Virus record (IMG/VR): IMGVR_UViG_3300045988_148041
Location: 1-39,320 of that record
Reading direction: 5' to 3' (one strand)
Length of the DNA: 39,320 nt
DNA from: a virus
Positions 1 through 8,953 of this stretch are shown piece by piece. The number at the start of each line of letters is the position of its first letter. The first letter of the stretch is position 1. The notes beneath the pieces are model-generated. The model worked only from the letters and a program-made list of their open reading frames with translations. It did not search any database and was not told the DNA's origin. Made by a program: the position numbers and the translations under genes.

Positions 1-99
1 GTTTTTTTTGTTTTGCAAATCAATTTCTTTTGCTCGTTTTTCCCAATATACAGGGGAAGAAAGCTTCCCCCAATATTTCTCATCTTTAAGGTTGATAGA
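1..99. repeat. 99-bp terminal direct repeat, identical to 39222-39320. It is consistent with a circular-assembly k-mer overlap, so the window is a closed circle of about 39,221 bp.
   Basis: Exact identity of 1-99 with 39222-39320 read from the sequence. The head-morphogenesis ORF (38340-39239) continues across the junction. Confidence 0.9.
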
Positions 100-108
100 A
101 GCCATGTT

Positions 109-1422
109 CTATTCACCTTCTTCAACTGGTTCCGAGTCTGCTAACGGAAAACTAAACGTCTCAAACGATGCCATTTTTTCATCATTTGCTTTTCTCAACT
201 CATCTTGTGGGTTCTCAACGAATGGTAATAATGATAATAGCGTCTCTTGGCTTACTAATCCATTTAATGATGTAGCCATTTGAGCGATTTCAGCAACGTT
301 CTGAGGTAATGCACGAGTAAATGTAATCTTGTAGTTGCGATAATCAATATTAGACCCTCGCATATTTAAGATTTCTACGATTAACTCAATCATTCGTTGC
401 AATGATTTACGCCATTTAGCTTCCTTCTTGTTGATTTGCTTCTCTAGTCCAAACAATTTATACTGCATCGCCACACCCGATGAATTAGAACTGAAACTCT
501 CATCAGTTAGGTTAGGTGTAGCCGTTAATTTATGAAAATCATTCGTTAAACGATCTAACATATTTTGAATATAACCATCATTCACATCTTTAGTGATAAA
601 TGACACATCCCCGTCACCATCCACGACTAGCACGCGATTGTTCTTCATATCTGCAATATCGTCTTGCTCTACTGACATCCCTTTAACTGCCATATAGGCG
701 TTGTCAAAGTATTCTACCTCATTTACAGCACTAGATTGAATTTTCTCAATAGCATCAACGATTGAAATGGCATCTTCAAATGAACCTCGTCTATGTGCAT
801 TCTCAACAAATTCAATCATTGGAATGTCGCCAAAGAAGTTCGGTTCCTCGGTCAATAAAATCGGAGTTTGAATGTCCCCACCATAATGACGAATGACATC
901 CTTATTATATAGAGTAATATCAGTAAAGGTTTGATTGTTCGATGTATAGACGTTATAGAATACCGCACCAATCGGTTCATGCTTAATGCTATTATCATAA
1001 ATAACAAAGCTTTCCGTTGGTTTTAATGGCGTCATTCTAATTTCGCCGTCTTCGTCTAACCACATAACCAAGTTAGCCTGACCATATACCGATGAAATCT
1101 CGTCTAAGTCAGCATTAACATCTTGAAAGTCGTTATATTCTAAGATGTTTTTTAAAATAATCGTTTCTTGCTCATTATCTGAGGTGATTGTTAACGGCTC
1201 ACCACTGAAATAACCAGTACGAATACCAATAGCAAATGAAGGAAGGTTGCTAATGATTTTGTTATTAGGTTTGCTAGCATCATCAATCACTCGATTAAGA
1301 ATGTCGTGCTTCCCTAAAAAATATCGTTCTAATTTTTCAAGTCGTGGTCTCTTAGTCATGTGAGTATGAATAAGGTCTGTTGCTTCTTGAATTGTGATGT
1401 AATTTGAGTTCGAAGTAATCAT
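109..1422 (-). CDS. portal protein (SPP1 Gp6-like)
   Basis: 437 aa. Lies immediately downstream of terL and upstream of the head morphogenesis, scaffold and capsid genes. Size and acidic C-terminus are typical of siphovirus portals. Confidence 0.65.
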   Translation of the reverse strand: MITSNSNYITIQEATDLIHTHMTKRPRLEKLERYFLGKHDILNRVIDDASKPNNKIISNLPSFAIGIRTGYFSGEPLTITSDNEQETIILKNILEYNDFQDVNADLDEISSVYGQANLVMWLDEDGEIRMTPLKPTESFVIYDNSIKHEPIGAVFYNVYTSNNQTFTDITLYNKDVIRHYGGDIQTPILLTEEPNFFGDIPMIEFVENAHRRGSFEDAISIVDAIEKIQSSAVNEVEYFDNAYMAVKGMSVEQDDIADMKNNRVLVVDGDGDVSFITKDVNDGYIQNMLDRLTNDFHKLTATPNLTDESFSSNSSGVAMQYKLFGLEKQINKKEAKWRKSLQRMIELIVEILNMRGSNIDYRNYKITFTRALPQNVAEIAQMATSLNGLVSQETLLSLLPFVENPQDELRKANDEKMASFETFSFPLADSEPVEEGE

Positions 1423-1497
1423 TTTTGCACCTCCTTTTTTAATTCAACATAATAAGTGTTATATTGAATATAGTCCTTTTTTCACCTAAAATTTGGA

Positions 1498-2739
1498 TTA
1501 TATTCCTAAATTTAACTTAACAGAACGCATACGACCCATCGTGTATAAATCGCTATATGAATAACGTAAAGCATCCATTGTATGCGAGAAATCATGATCA
1601 TAACTGTCTTCTAGATATTGTCCTGTTTTTTTGTCTTTCAAATAAACGTAATTCTCTAACTCCGTTGCTACATGAGTGCATGACTCATGACAAACAATCG
1701 TCATATCTTGTAAGAACGAGATTCCAGCCTTAACACTCCCTGCGCCTTTTTTAGCACTGACAGCATTAAAACCTTGTCTTCTTAAGTAATCTACTTTATC
1801 AGGTTCAGCGCCATCACAGTATAATCGTTGCTTTTTAATTCCTAGCGACTCGATCCCTTCCTTAATCTCTTCAAGTGTCGCTCCACGTTTGTAGAACTCA
1901 CCGATGATGTAAATGGTCTTATCAAGTTTATTGAATAAGCTAACGACAACTGTTGTAGGGTCCACAAACCCCCAGTCAATGCCGACTCTGACTTCTAGCT
2001 TACTAGCAATCATCTCATTAATGTCAAAGTCAGATAGAATGTGATTTTTATAGACTAAACCTTCAACGTCTGCTCCCCAATTCCCATCACAGAAGACTCT
2101 AGCCTTATTAGGATTAGTGCGATACATATCCTCTAAGGCGTTGATGTATTCATCGGGTAGAAATGGATTATCTCTAAAGGTTGATTGAGAATATAAGGAA
2201 TTCAACGGCCTTGTATTACCCTCACAAAACTCATACAACCAATGTTTGGAGCTAATAGGGTTAAACGCCATATAAATCTGTTGATTTTTGACTTTGCCCC
2301 TCATACGAAGGTTTAACTGGTCCACAATCTCTTTCGTGACTTCATAAACCTCTTCAATGAACACATCAGTAATCCCAGCAATAGAGAGTAATTTTTCCTC
2401 ATTATCTAAGCCGACAAAAATTATCTCACTGCCATTAGGCAACTTAATACTCATATCTGATTCTTTAATTCTACATAGATTCGAGATTTTAAAGGACTCG
2501 ATTACGTCTTTGAACAGCCTAAAAACCGAGTTGCGCATTGTAGTGCCATATCGTCTACAAACCATAACTCGGCGTTTTTCTTTCAAAGCCTTGATTAATA
2601 TCTTCTGCGTAATAAAGTGGCTTTTCCCACTCCCTGCGCTTCCTTTATAAATCTCCCAACGATGTGAATAATCAGATAGCAACGGTAGAAATTTAGGACT
2701 AAACACGTTACTACTAATGTTAAGTTGCATCGTTGTCAC
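1498..2739 (-). CDS. terL: terminase large subunit (PBSX-type)
   Basis: 413 aa. Walker A motif KGSAGSGKS near the N-terminus. C-terminal nuclease-like region with acidic residues. Overlaps terS by 20 nt. Confidence 0.85.
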   Translation of the reverse strand: MTTMQLNISSNVFSPKFLPLLSDYSHRWEIYKGSAGSGKSHFITQKILIKALKEKRRVMVCRRYGTTMRNSVFRLFKDVIESFKISNLCRIKESDMSIKLPNGSEIIFVGLDNEEKLLSIAGITDVFIEEVYEVTKEIVDQLNLRMRGKVKNQQIYMAFNPISSKHWLYEFCEGNTRPLNSLYSQSTFRDNPFLPDEYINALEDMYRTNPNKARVFCDGNWGADVEGLVYKNHILSDFDINEMIASKLEVRVGIDWGFVDPTTVVVSLFNKLDKTIYIIGEFYKRGATLEEIKEGIESLGIKKQRLYCDGAEPDKVDYLRRQGFNAVSAKKGAGSVKAGISFLQDMTIVCHESCTHVATELENYVYLKDKKTGQYLEDSYDHDFSHTMDALRYSYSDLYTMGRMRSVKLNLGI

Positions 2740-3157
2740 CTGTTATGTTAACGTTAATCGTTAAATCATCACGAATGCCTTGATCTAGCTTTTGCTTTTC
2801 AAGCTCGAATTTCTTCTCTTTCAACTCCAACTCTTTAGCTTGTAGTTCAATCTCATTCGCTTCCTTACGGTCTTTCCATCCGTGTGGTCTGCGGTTCTTC
2901 AACCAAAATATCATAGCTGTAACATTACCATTGATAGCCGCTTTGTATAAGGCATTCTCAACCTCGTAATCGACCACCTCTTTACCCTTTTTTAAGGCAG
3001 ACGAAAGCGCCGAGTATTTATTTTTATATTCTCGAAATGTCGAATAGGCAATGCCGAGATTATATGCAATTTGCTCATCGGTTAGGCCATCACGCGCCCA
3101 TCCTTCAACTAATATTAAATTATCTTTAACATGTGTATCGTATTTAGACTTCGCCAT
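2720..3157 (-). CDS. terS: terminase small subunit (HTH DNA-binding)
   Basis: Begins MAKSKYDTHVKDNLILVEGWARDGLTDEQIAYNLGIAYSTFREY (HTH). Sits directly upstream of terL. Probable start is the ATG at 3157, after the RBS AAGGTGGTG, rather than the TTG at 3178. Confidence 0.6.
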   Translation of the reverse strand: MAKSKYDTHVKDNLILVEGWARDGLTDEQIAYNLGIAYSTFREYKNKYSALSSALKKGKEVVDYEVENALYKAAINGNVTAMIFWLKNRRPHGWKDRKEANEIELQAKELELKEKKFELEKQKLDQGIRDDLTINVNITGDNDAT

Positions 3158-3184
3158 AGCTTCACCACCTTGCTGCAATAAAAA

Positions 3185-3212
3185 AAGACTGAGGCAACCA
3201 CTCTCAATCTTC
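3185..3212 (-). terminator. imperfect hairpin plus T-run just upstream of terS (late-leader terminator or attenuator)
   Basis: On the minus strand: AGATTGAGAG..CTCAGTC stem with one mismatch, followed by TTTTTTT. Confidence 0.35.
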
Positions 3213-3296
3213 TTTTTATGTTATATATAGTTTTAAAAAGGAGAAATCATTCAGCACATTAACTGCACACACAATGATAGACGTATAACGTACATG

Positions 3297-3656
3297 TGGT
3301 TACTGTTGGAGTTGCACCAACTTTAGGACTGCCATAACCATTTTTGTGTCGCACTGCCGGAATGGAGGTGACATGCGACACAGGAAGAGAAATTCGTCTT
3401 AATCAAATAATAGTAAAGAGGTGTGTGGATTGAAGCATCTTGTAAAGATAGAAATTCACACTGCTACTAAAATGGTATTGCACTCATTGGATTTGAACCA
3501 ATCAACTCTCGTTGCCTACCTGGTTGTGCATATGAGACAGTTAAGGCTGTCTCGTGTATCTATTTCAAATTAAGGGGATTGAAATAAAACAGGGGTGTGA
3601 TTTTGAAAAGGAGCGCCTTCTATTGGAATTGCACCAATCCTAGGACTACCGAAGGC
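3297..3656. other. non-coding region carrying three copies of a conserved stem-loop motif: candidate cos / terminase-binding (R-site) elements or a structured RNA
   Basis: Three copies of a hairpin with a 5-bp stem and 7-nt loop: TTGGAGTTGCACCAAC (3306-3321), ATTGGATTTGAACCAAT (3486-3502) and ATTGGAATTGCACCAAT (3622-3638). Copies A and C share a 3' tail ...TAGGACTrCC and each has a 6-bp closing stem (TGGTTA/TAACCA and GCCTTC/GAAGGC). There is also a perfect 8-bp hairpin GTGTCGCA/TGCGACAC (3346-3381) and GAGACAG/CTGTCTC (3533-3553). No ORF spans the 680 bp. Confidence 0.45.
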
Positions 3657-3863
3657 ATATAGAGGATTTCTCCCCTAATCACATCATTCAATTCTAAACA
3701 AGGTCTCTTAATGTGCACAAACTTGGAATATCATCATTTTTTACAACTTTGAAACTGCATATTTGACGAAAACACCCTTCGTTTGCGGTATCACCTGACA
3801 ATATTAATTATACACCTTATCGATTGACAAAGTATGCCAATATAGTGCCAAAAGTGTGCCATT

Positions 3864-4304
3864 TTATTCGAACGCTTGTTTTAAGTCGCAAATAATACTT
3901 TCACACAGCTCATAAGAGAATTGCATCTCGTGCTTTAATGTGTTGAAGATAAACGATTGTTCTAAGTTGTACTCTAATATCATCTTGGTTTCTTCGTACA
4001 TCTTGTAGGCCAGCCTCACCACCATCGTATCTTCTCCTGGTGTTAACTCTCTAGCACACGAATACATCATCATGTAGTTAAATAAATCTAATAACGTATC
4101 TTGCAACGACTCATCATGCACCGTTGCATTTTTATTTTGTAATGAACTATAGCGATTAACCTTATCTTCCATTCGTACTAAAGCTGACACATCGCCGTAT
4201 TTTCTAAATGACTCATTAAAACTGTCACCGTAATCTCTATTTTTACAAAGATATACTAGCAATCTATCTTTAACAATTTTATTGATCTTATTATGTTTCT
4301 CCAT
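3864..4304 (-). CDS. hypothetical protein
   Basis: 146-aa ORF whose stop lies 24 nt from the HNH gene (4329-4952). Confidence 0.5.
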   Translation of the reverse strand: MEKHNKINKIVKDRLLVYLCKNRDYGDSFNESFRKYGDVSALVRMEDKVNRYSSLQNKNATVHDESLQDTLLDLFNYMMMYSCARELTPGEDTMVVRLAYKMYEETKMILEYNLEQSFIFNTLKHEMQFSYELCESIICDLKQAFE

Positions 4305-4328
4305 CTCATTCCTCCTAAAATCTGACTT

Positions 4329-4952
4329 TTATTTTCTTTTTGATTTCTTCACGTGACTAATCTTAACCATTAAGTCCACGACATTTATTGCGGTTTCAGT
4401 TAACTCCTTATTATCTTGAATTAAACCATTTTGATTTAATCTCACAAGTTGCGCTCTACTTACCATAATTAAATTATCTACTGCGATATTGCTTTTGTCG
4501 CCATCAGCGAATATCAGCGCATAACCTTTGGGTACGGCTCCGTTGTGTTGTTCCCAAACCCACCGATGCTTTAATTTCCACACATTAGGGTCTGCAACCT
4601 TTACCTCTGTATACCCGTCGCGATTAACTCTCTCACTGCCTACTGGTCGATACGTTGCTGGTCTGTGCCCCTTTTTAAACGCCGTCTCTTTGCCATAATT
4701 AAACCCTGTCTTGCCTTTATTGAAAGGCACACTACCTTTTTGGAATTGCCCTGTAAAACCTGTTTTAAAGCCATTCGACTTTATGGCTCTCGATATTTGC
4801 GTCACCACTAATTCAAGCCCGAATTTCTCATTAACTAATTCCATAATCTCTTTATAATGCCTACCTGGGGTTATTTCCCCTAAGTAGGCTTTTTGTTCTT
4901 CCGTCCAAACATGTCTTACTGAATTTTTAACTCCTTTTGGTCTCCCTGTCAT
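4329..4952 (-). CDS. HNH endonuclease (HNH_3-type), packaging-associated
   Basis: C-terminal motif RDGYTEVKV...HRWVWEQHNGAVPKGYALIFADGDKSNIAVDNL. Sits upstream of terS, as is typical of cos-type phages. Confidence 0.75.
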   Translation of the reverse strand: MTGRPKGVKNSVRHVWTEEQKAYLGEITPGRHYKEIMELVNEKFGLELVVTQISRAIKSNGFKTGFTGQFQKGSVPFNKGKTGFNYGKETAFKKGHRPATYRPVGSERVNRDGYTEVKVADPNVWKLKHRWVWEQHNGAVPKGYALIFADGDKSNIAVDNLIMVSRAQLVRLNQNGLIQDNKELTETAINVVDLMVKISHVKKSKRK

Positions 4953-4954
4953 GA

Positions 4955-5185
4955 TTACCCCTCCAACATCTTAGGAATTGTGGCATCGGCACTATAACTA
5001 TCCTCTTTCATTCGTCGTGCCTTCAACACTAACGCCCCATTCGCGATAATCTGTTGGGCAACCGAAGACACCGCCTCGGCTCTCATTAATTCTTCTTTCA
5101 GCGCTTCTCCCTTGATATCCTCGTCACTTAATCTCTCTAATTGTGCAAATAAATGATTGTTTAAATCTCCAAGTGTATTCCTCAT
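4955..5185 (-). CDS. hypothetical protein
   Basis: 76-aa ORF in the operon. Confidence 0.4.
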   Translation of the reverse strand: MRNTLGDLNNHLFAQLERLSDEDIKGEALKEELMRAEAVSSVAQQIIANGALVLKARRMKEDSYSADATIPKMLEG

Positions 5186-5217
5186 GTCCCATTTCTCCTT
5201 TTAAAATTTGTATTTTA

Positions 5218-5637
5218 TTACATCACTAACCCCATAAGGCGCTCGAACTCTTTTTCACCTGCTTGGATCATACGAATAGCTGTCCTTCTGCTCGCTCCTA
5301 CCTCGAATTCAATGTAACTCACACTGCGATTTTCAATGTGGCGTAACTCAATAGCTTTGCGTTCCGATGGCATATCGATGTTCATTAACTCCAATGCTTT
5401 CTCCACCGCGGCCACCTCTAAATTAAGAGCCAACTGGGTCATTCGCATTTCTTCCTTTTTCTGCAATCTTTTTTCGTACTGATCATAAATATCAGCTCTC
5501 GCCCCTGGAATTTCATCCGTGATTTTAGAAATCTTAATCTTGGGAATTTCTAAATAATCTAGCTGAGATTGAATCATCTCAACTCTTTGCTTTTTGTGCT
5601 TGTAATCTTTCAGAATTTCGACCGCCTTTACCCCCAT
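5218..5637 (-). CDS. ArpU-family (sigma region 4-like) phage late transcriptional regulator
   Basis: 139 aa. Lies upstream of the HNH and terminase genes. C-terminal HTH RKAIELRHIENRSVSYIEFEVGASRRTAIRMIQ resembles sigma-70 region 4. Confidence 0.55.
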   Translation of the reverse strand: MGVKAVEILKDYKHKKQRVEMIQSQLDYLEIPKIKISKITDEIPGARADIYDQYEKRLQKKEEMRMTQLALNLEVAAVEKALELMNIDMPSERKAIELRHIENRSVSYIEFEVGASRRTAIRMIQAGEKEFERLMGLVM

Positions 5638-5767
5638 CGAATAATTCCTCCTTTGCCATTTCTAAATATTTATGAATTACTTTAAAATCATCTTTGCTAA
5701 CCTCACCACGTTCAACCAAACTGTACAATATTATTTGCATCTTTGCGATTGAATTAAGATTATTCAC
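5579..5767 (-). CDS. hypothetical small protein
   Basis: 62-aa ORF that overlaps the ArpU-like gene start. Confidence 0.3.
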   Translation of the reverse strand: MNNLNSIAKMQIILYSLVERGEVSKDDFKVIHKYLEMAKEELFDGGKGGRNSERLQAQKAKS

Positions 5768-5782
5768 TGTTCACCCTCCGAT

Positions 5783-6385
5783 TTACATAGCATATTCGCA
5801 GTTACATCCTTCTTTTCCAACTTCCACCATGTCACACACCGGCGGAATGAAATGATTTTCTAAAAAGTCGCGCAATTTACAATCACTTCTGTCTTTGGTG
5901 CATCCTCTACATTCTGCATATAATTTCCCATCAACCAAACTGAACAGTTCTTCAATCGTTAACTGAACATCGCCTAGTTTGTTGACCATTCTTTCTAACT
6001 TTTTAATTTGATAATCGTCAGCCACACGCAACTCCCACTTCATCATCTTCTTAGCAATAGTTTCCTTAGCTTTACGGTCTAGATTGTCCTCTATAAAGCT
6101 AGTCAAGAATTTTCGTTGGTACGTTGTCGCCATCTTTAAGTATTTGATTTGCTCTTTGGTAATCATTCCGCTTTTTTCAAATCTCTCCCACATCGGAACG
6201 CCATCTCCCTTTTCGTGTAGCGATCTTATTCCCATCATCAGTTGATGAGTCGCCGATAGCATAATGATTAAATTTTGCTCATCTTGATTAAGGTAACCCC
6301 TTCTCACTTTTTTTTCTCGCACGTTAATTCCATCTTTATACTTCATGAATTGTTTTTTCATAATTAAGCTCCTTTTCTTCCCCAA
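5783..6385 (-). CDS. hypothetical protein with a C-terminal Cys cluster
   Basis: 200 aa. C-terminus CRGCTKDRSDCKLRDFLENHFIPPVCDMVEVGKEGCNCEY. Confidence 0.45.
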   Translation of the reverse strand: MGKKRSLIMKKQFMKYKDGINVREKKVRRGYLNQDEQNLIIMLSATHQLMMGIRSLHEKGDGVPMWERFEKSGMITKEQIKYLKMATTYQRKFLTSFIEDNLDRKAKETIAKKMMKWELRVADDYQIKKLERMVNKLGDVQLTIEELFSLVDGKLYAECRGCTKDRSDCKLRDFLENHFIPPVCDMVEVGKEGCNCEYAM

Positions 6386-7242
6386 TTTAGGCGTTTGATG
6401 CGGTGGTTAACCGCACCCCAACTTCGTCCTAATTCTTCTGCTATTTCTTTTTGCGTGTACCCTTTGAAAAATAAATCTAGCAACACCTTGTCCTCGCGTG
6501 GCGACCAATAATTAATTTCCTTATACGACTCACCTTGACGGTCTTTTTTTAACTTTTCTTCAAACCATTCAGGGTTTTTTTTATTTTTTTGCAAAAAAAT
6601 GTTTACCGTTAACTTTCTAGAGTCCCACAATTCTTGATTATCGCGAAGGAATTTGATGATCTCTTTCTCTTTAATGCAGTATGTTTTTCTCTTCAAAGAC
6701 CGGTTTTTCTTTGCGACTAAACCATATTTATTAATGAATACGCAAACCCTGTGCTTGCTGACGCCTAACAAATGAGCTAACTCTGTAGCCGTATATCCGT
6801 CACCAACTCGCGTGCCCAACCCTTCTTCAGACGCTTTCTTCAATACCGCTTCTTCTGAGCGATTAATCATTTCAGCAATCACTTTTGGTTTTTTTATTCC
6901 CCACCATTGGTGTAGATATTCAAGTTCTTCATCTGACCAAAACACGCGACGTTTCACACCTAACATAGTAGCCCTATGTTTTATTGCAGTTCTAGTCCTA
7001 CCTAACTTTTCTGCTAATTCATCTAAATTCGCTGTTGCATACTCTTCCCGTATGATCGCTAACTCGTCTTCTGTCCATATATCATCACGCTTAGTTAGTC
7101 CAAGATTGCAACACTTTTTTTCAACCGCTTTTTTGGTTCTTCCAAAACGCTCCGCGATTTCTTCAATCGCCATGCTACCATAATTAGCTTTCAGAAATTC
7201 ATATTCCTCAATAGTCCAAATACGTCCTCCTGCCACGTCCAA
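6364..7242 (-). CDS. DNA-binding protein with five tandem HTH repeats (Myb/SANT- or sigma-R4-like)
   Basis: Five repeats of the pattern W-x-EE-L-x(8-12)-IAE-LGR-x(3)-A-x(3). Examples: WTIEEYEFLKANYGSMAIEEIAERFGRTKKAV, WTEDELAIIREEYATANLDELAEKLGRTRTAI, WSDEELEYLHQWW..., WSPREDKVLLDLFFKGYTQKEIAEELGRSWGAV. Confidence 0.5.
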   Translation of the reverse strand: MDVAGGRIWTIEEYEFLKANYGSMAIEEIAERFGRTKKAVEKKCCNLGLTKRDDIWTEDELAIIREEYATANLDELAEKLGRTRTAIKHRATMLGVKRRVFWSDEELEYLHQWWGIKKPKVIAEMINRSEEAVLKKASEEGLGTRVGDGYTATELAHLLGVSKHRVCVFINKYGLVAKKNRSLKRKTYCIKEKEIIKFLRDNQELWDSRKLTVNIFLQKNKKNPEWFEEKLKKDRQGESYKEINYWSPREDKVLLDLFFKGYTQKEIAEELGRSWGAVNHRIKRLNWGRKGA

Positions 7243-7270
7243 TCCCCCTTAAAATCTACCTTCTATTTAC

Positions 7271-7699
7271 TTAAAATGGTAACTCTGAGTCACCTATATT
7301 AATCGCTGATGCGGTTGCACTCATGCCCCAATCGTAATTCGCATATTGATTTTGTTGCTTTTGTTCAAAGCGAACTTCTGCTACTGTTTTTTCTTGTTGT
7401 CTGGTACCTAAAAATTCAACCTCATTAGCAATAACTTTTGTAAATGAACGTTTTTGACCGTCTTTTTCATAGTTTTCAACTGAAATTCGTCCATTTACTG
7501 CGATTTGACTACCTTTAGATTGGAATTTAACTAAATTCTCTGCTGTTTTCCCCCACACTTGCACTGGGATGAAATCTGCGCCATCATTTCCGTACTTATT
7601 AACCGCTAAATTGAATTGGACCACTGATTTACCGTTAGTTGTTTGTTGCATGTTTAAGTCGTTGCTGATACGACCAATTAAAGTTACGTTATTCATCAC
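7271..7699 (-). CDS. ssb: single-stranded DNA-binding protein
   Basis: OB-fold N-terminus MMNNVTLIGRISNDLNMQQTTNGKSVVQFNLAVN, Q/N-rich linker, acidic tail DSELPF. Confidence 0.8.
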   Translation of the reverse strand: MMNNVTLIGRISNDLNMQQTTNGKSVVQFNLAVNKYGNDGADFIPVQVWGKTAENLVKFQSKGSQIAVNGRISVENYEKDGQKRSFTKVIANEVEFLGTRQQEKTVAEVRFEQKQQNQYANYDWGMSATASAINIGDSELPF

Positions 7700-8112
7700 A
7701 TTTCCTCCAATGGAATTAATTTTATTTTTGCTTCTTCTGTTTCACCATAAAACTTCTTAACCTCTAGCTCAACGATCTGCTTATCATCGCCGTATGCCGC
7801 CCCGTTTAGGGCATCTAACAATGACTTTGCTAAGTTATCAGTATCAGGCGTCACCATAGGGCGTATATAACCCTCTAATTTGCGTTTTTTTACTAACTTG
7901 CTATCTGACTTAGGGACTTTCATAAAAACCTCAATTTCGGCACGTATTGAGCATTTTAGTGGCTCCCATTTATAAATGTCGATGTAGTCTTGGTAACAAC
8001 TCTTTACAAATCTTTCATAATCTACAGTCGGTTTTGGTGTGTACGTTCTACCGTTTGCAAATCGAGGTCTTTGCTTTGCCTGAACCTTCCCTGGAATTTT
8101 AAACTCTCTCAT
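7696..8112 (-). CDS. rusA: RusA-family Holliday junction resolvase
   Basis: MREFKIPGKVQAKQRPRF...YTPKPTVDYE...PDTDNLAKSLLDALNGAAYGDDKQIV matches the RusA signature layout. Confidence 0.8.
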   Translation of the reverse strand: MREFKIPGKVQAKQRPRFANGRTYTPKPTVDYERFVKSCYQDYIDIYKWEPLKCSIRAEIEVFMKVPKSDSKLVKKRKLEGYIRPMVTPDTDNLAKSLLDALNGAAYGDDKQIVELEVKKFYGETEEAKIKLIPLEEM

Positions 8113-8549
8113 TTATTAGTCCCCTCTGCTATTTTTTTAAGTAACCGCTCGTCTTGAATATATAAATGCGTCAACTTTTGGCTCCCCTTAAATTCACTAA
8201 CATCAAACCCTAGATTTTTTAGTGCTTTGATGAACTCAATAGATATCGTGCCGAACGAAAGCCAATAACTCATTGTTGCTTGATTAACTCCAAATACATC
8301 CGCCAGTTCACGATACGTTAAATTATTTTTTGCTTTGAAATCAGCCACTCTCGTTCCTGGTTCCACATCCAATAATAATTCCACAATATCTCTGCTTGGC
8401 TTGTTAGCCTGTTGTGGCGTAACCTCATATTTGAAGGTCCACAATCCGTCTTTCTTATACGAATAAAATTCTGCTTTAAAGCTCTTTAAAATTTCACGCA
8501 CAATAGTAGCTTGTATCTCGTCATAGCAATGCACCACTCTCTCCCTCAT
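8109..8549 (-). CDS. hypothetical HTH-containing protein
   Basis: 146 aa. LTYRELADVFGVNQATMSYWLS is HTH-like. Confidence 0.4.
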   Translation of the reverse strand: MRERVVHCYDEIQATIVREILKSFKAEFYSYKKDGLWTFKYEVTPQQANKPSRDIVELLLDVEPGTRVADFKAKNNLTYRELADVFGVNQATMSYWLSFGTISIEFIKALKNLGFDVSEFKGSQKLTHLYIQDERLLKKIAEGTNK

Positions 8550-8552
8550 CTA

Positions 8553-8768
8553 CTATTCCTCCACGTGCGAGAATCGTTCAATATCTTCAATAATGTAGAA
8601 ATCATCAGGATCAAACTCCTCCACGATGGTTCTGAAATCACGCACTCTTACATCGACTCCGTAAGTAGCGCATTCTGCAACAACATCTTCAATTTGATAT
8701 TTTTTTGAAATAATAGTATTTCCATAATGCTTTAATGCGTAAACTTGATACGATTTTAAAATTTCCAT
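8553..8768 (-). CDS. hypothetical protein
   Basis: 71-aa ORF. Confidence 0.35.
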   Translation of the reverse strand: MEILKSYQVYALKHYGNTIISKKYQIEDVVAECATYGVDVRVRDFRTIVEEFDPDDFYIIEDIERFSHVEE

Positions 8769-8944
8769 CCTCTTTCTCCCCTTCTATCATTTTGTTGGTA
8801 ATAAGCACCATGTCCCGTGTCACACTCAAACTCTGTTCTTTTTTGAGCATATAATTTTAATTTTTTCTCTCTATAAAGCAGATAATGCTCACAATAGCTA
8901 TGACAATTAACACGTCTATCGTTGCAATCCTTGCATCTTGGCAT
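8756..8944 (-). CDS. small Cys-rich protein
   Basis: 62 aa with CKDCNDRRVNCHSYCEHY...C. Confidence 0.3.
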   Translation of the reverse strand: MPRCKDCNDRRVNCHSYCEHYLLYREKKLKLYAQKRTEFECDTGHGAYYQQNDRRGERGWKF

Positions 8945-8953
8945 TCTCTCACC

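Noticed and set aside
8-283. Plus-strand 91-aa ORF at the window start
   Set aside because: It lies inside and antisense to real genes and spans the duplicated junction. It is a low-complexity chance ORF.
3481-3560. tRNA-like T-arm on the minus strand (ATTGG-TTCAAAT-CCAAT) with an adjacent 7-bp hairpin
   Set aside because: No complementary acceptor-stem 5' strand at the expected distance, and no D arm. The same hairpin module recurs twice more with non-tRNA loops. Treated as a repeated stem-loop motif, not a tRNA.
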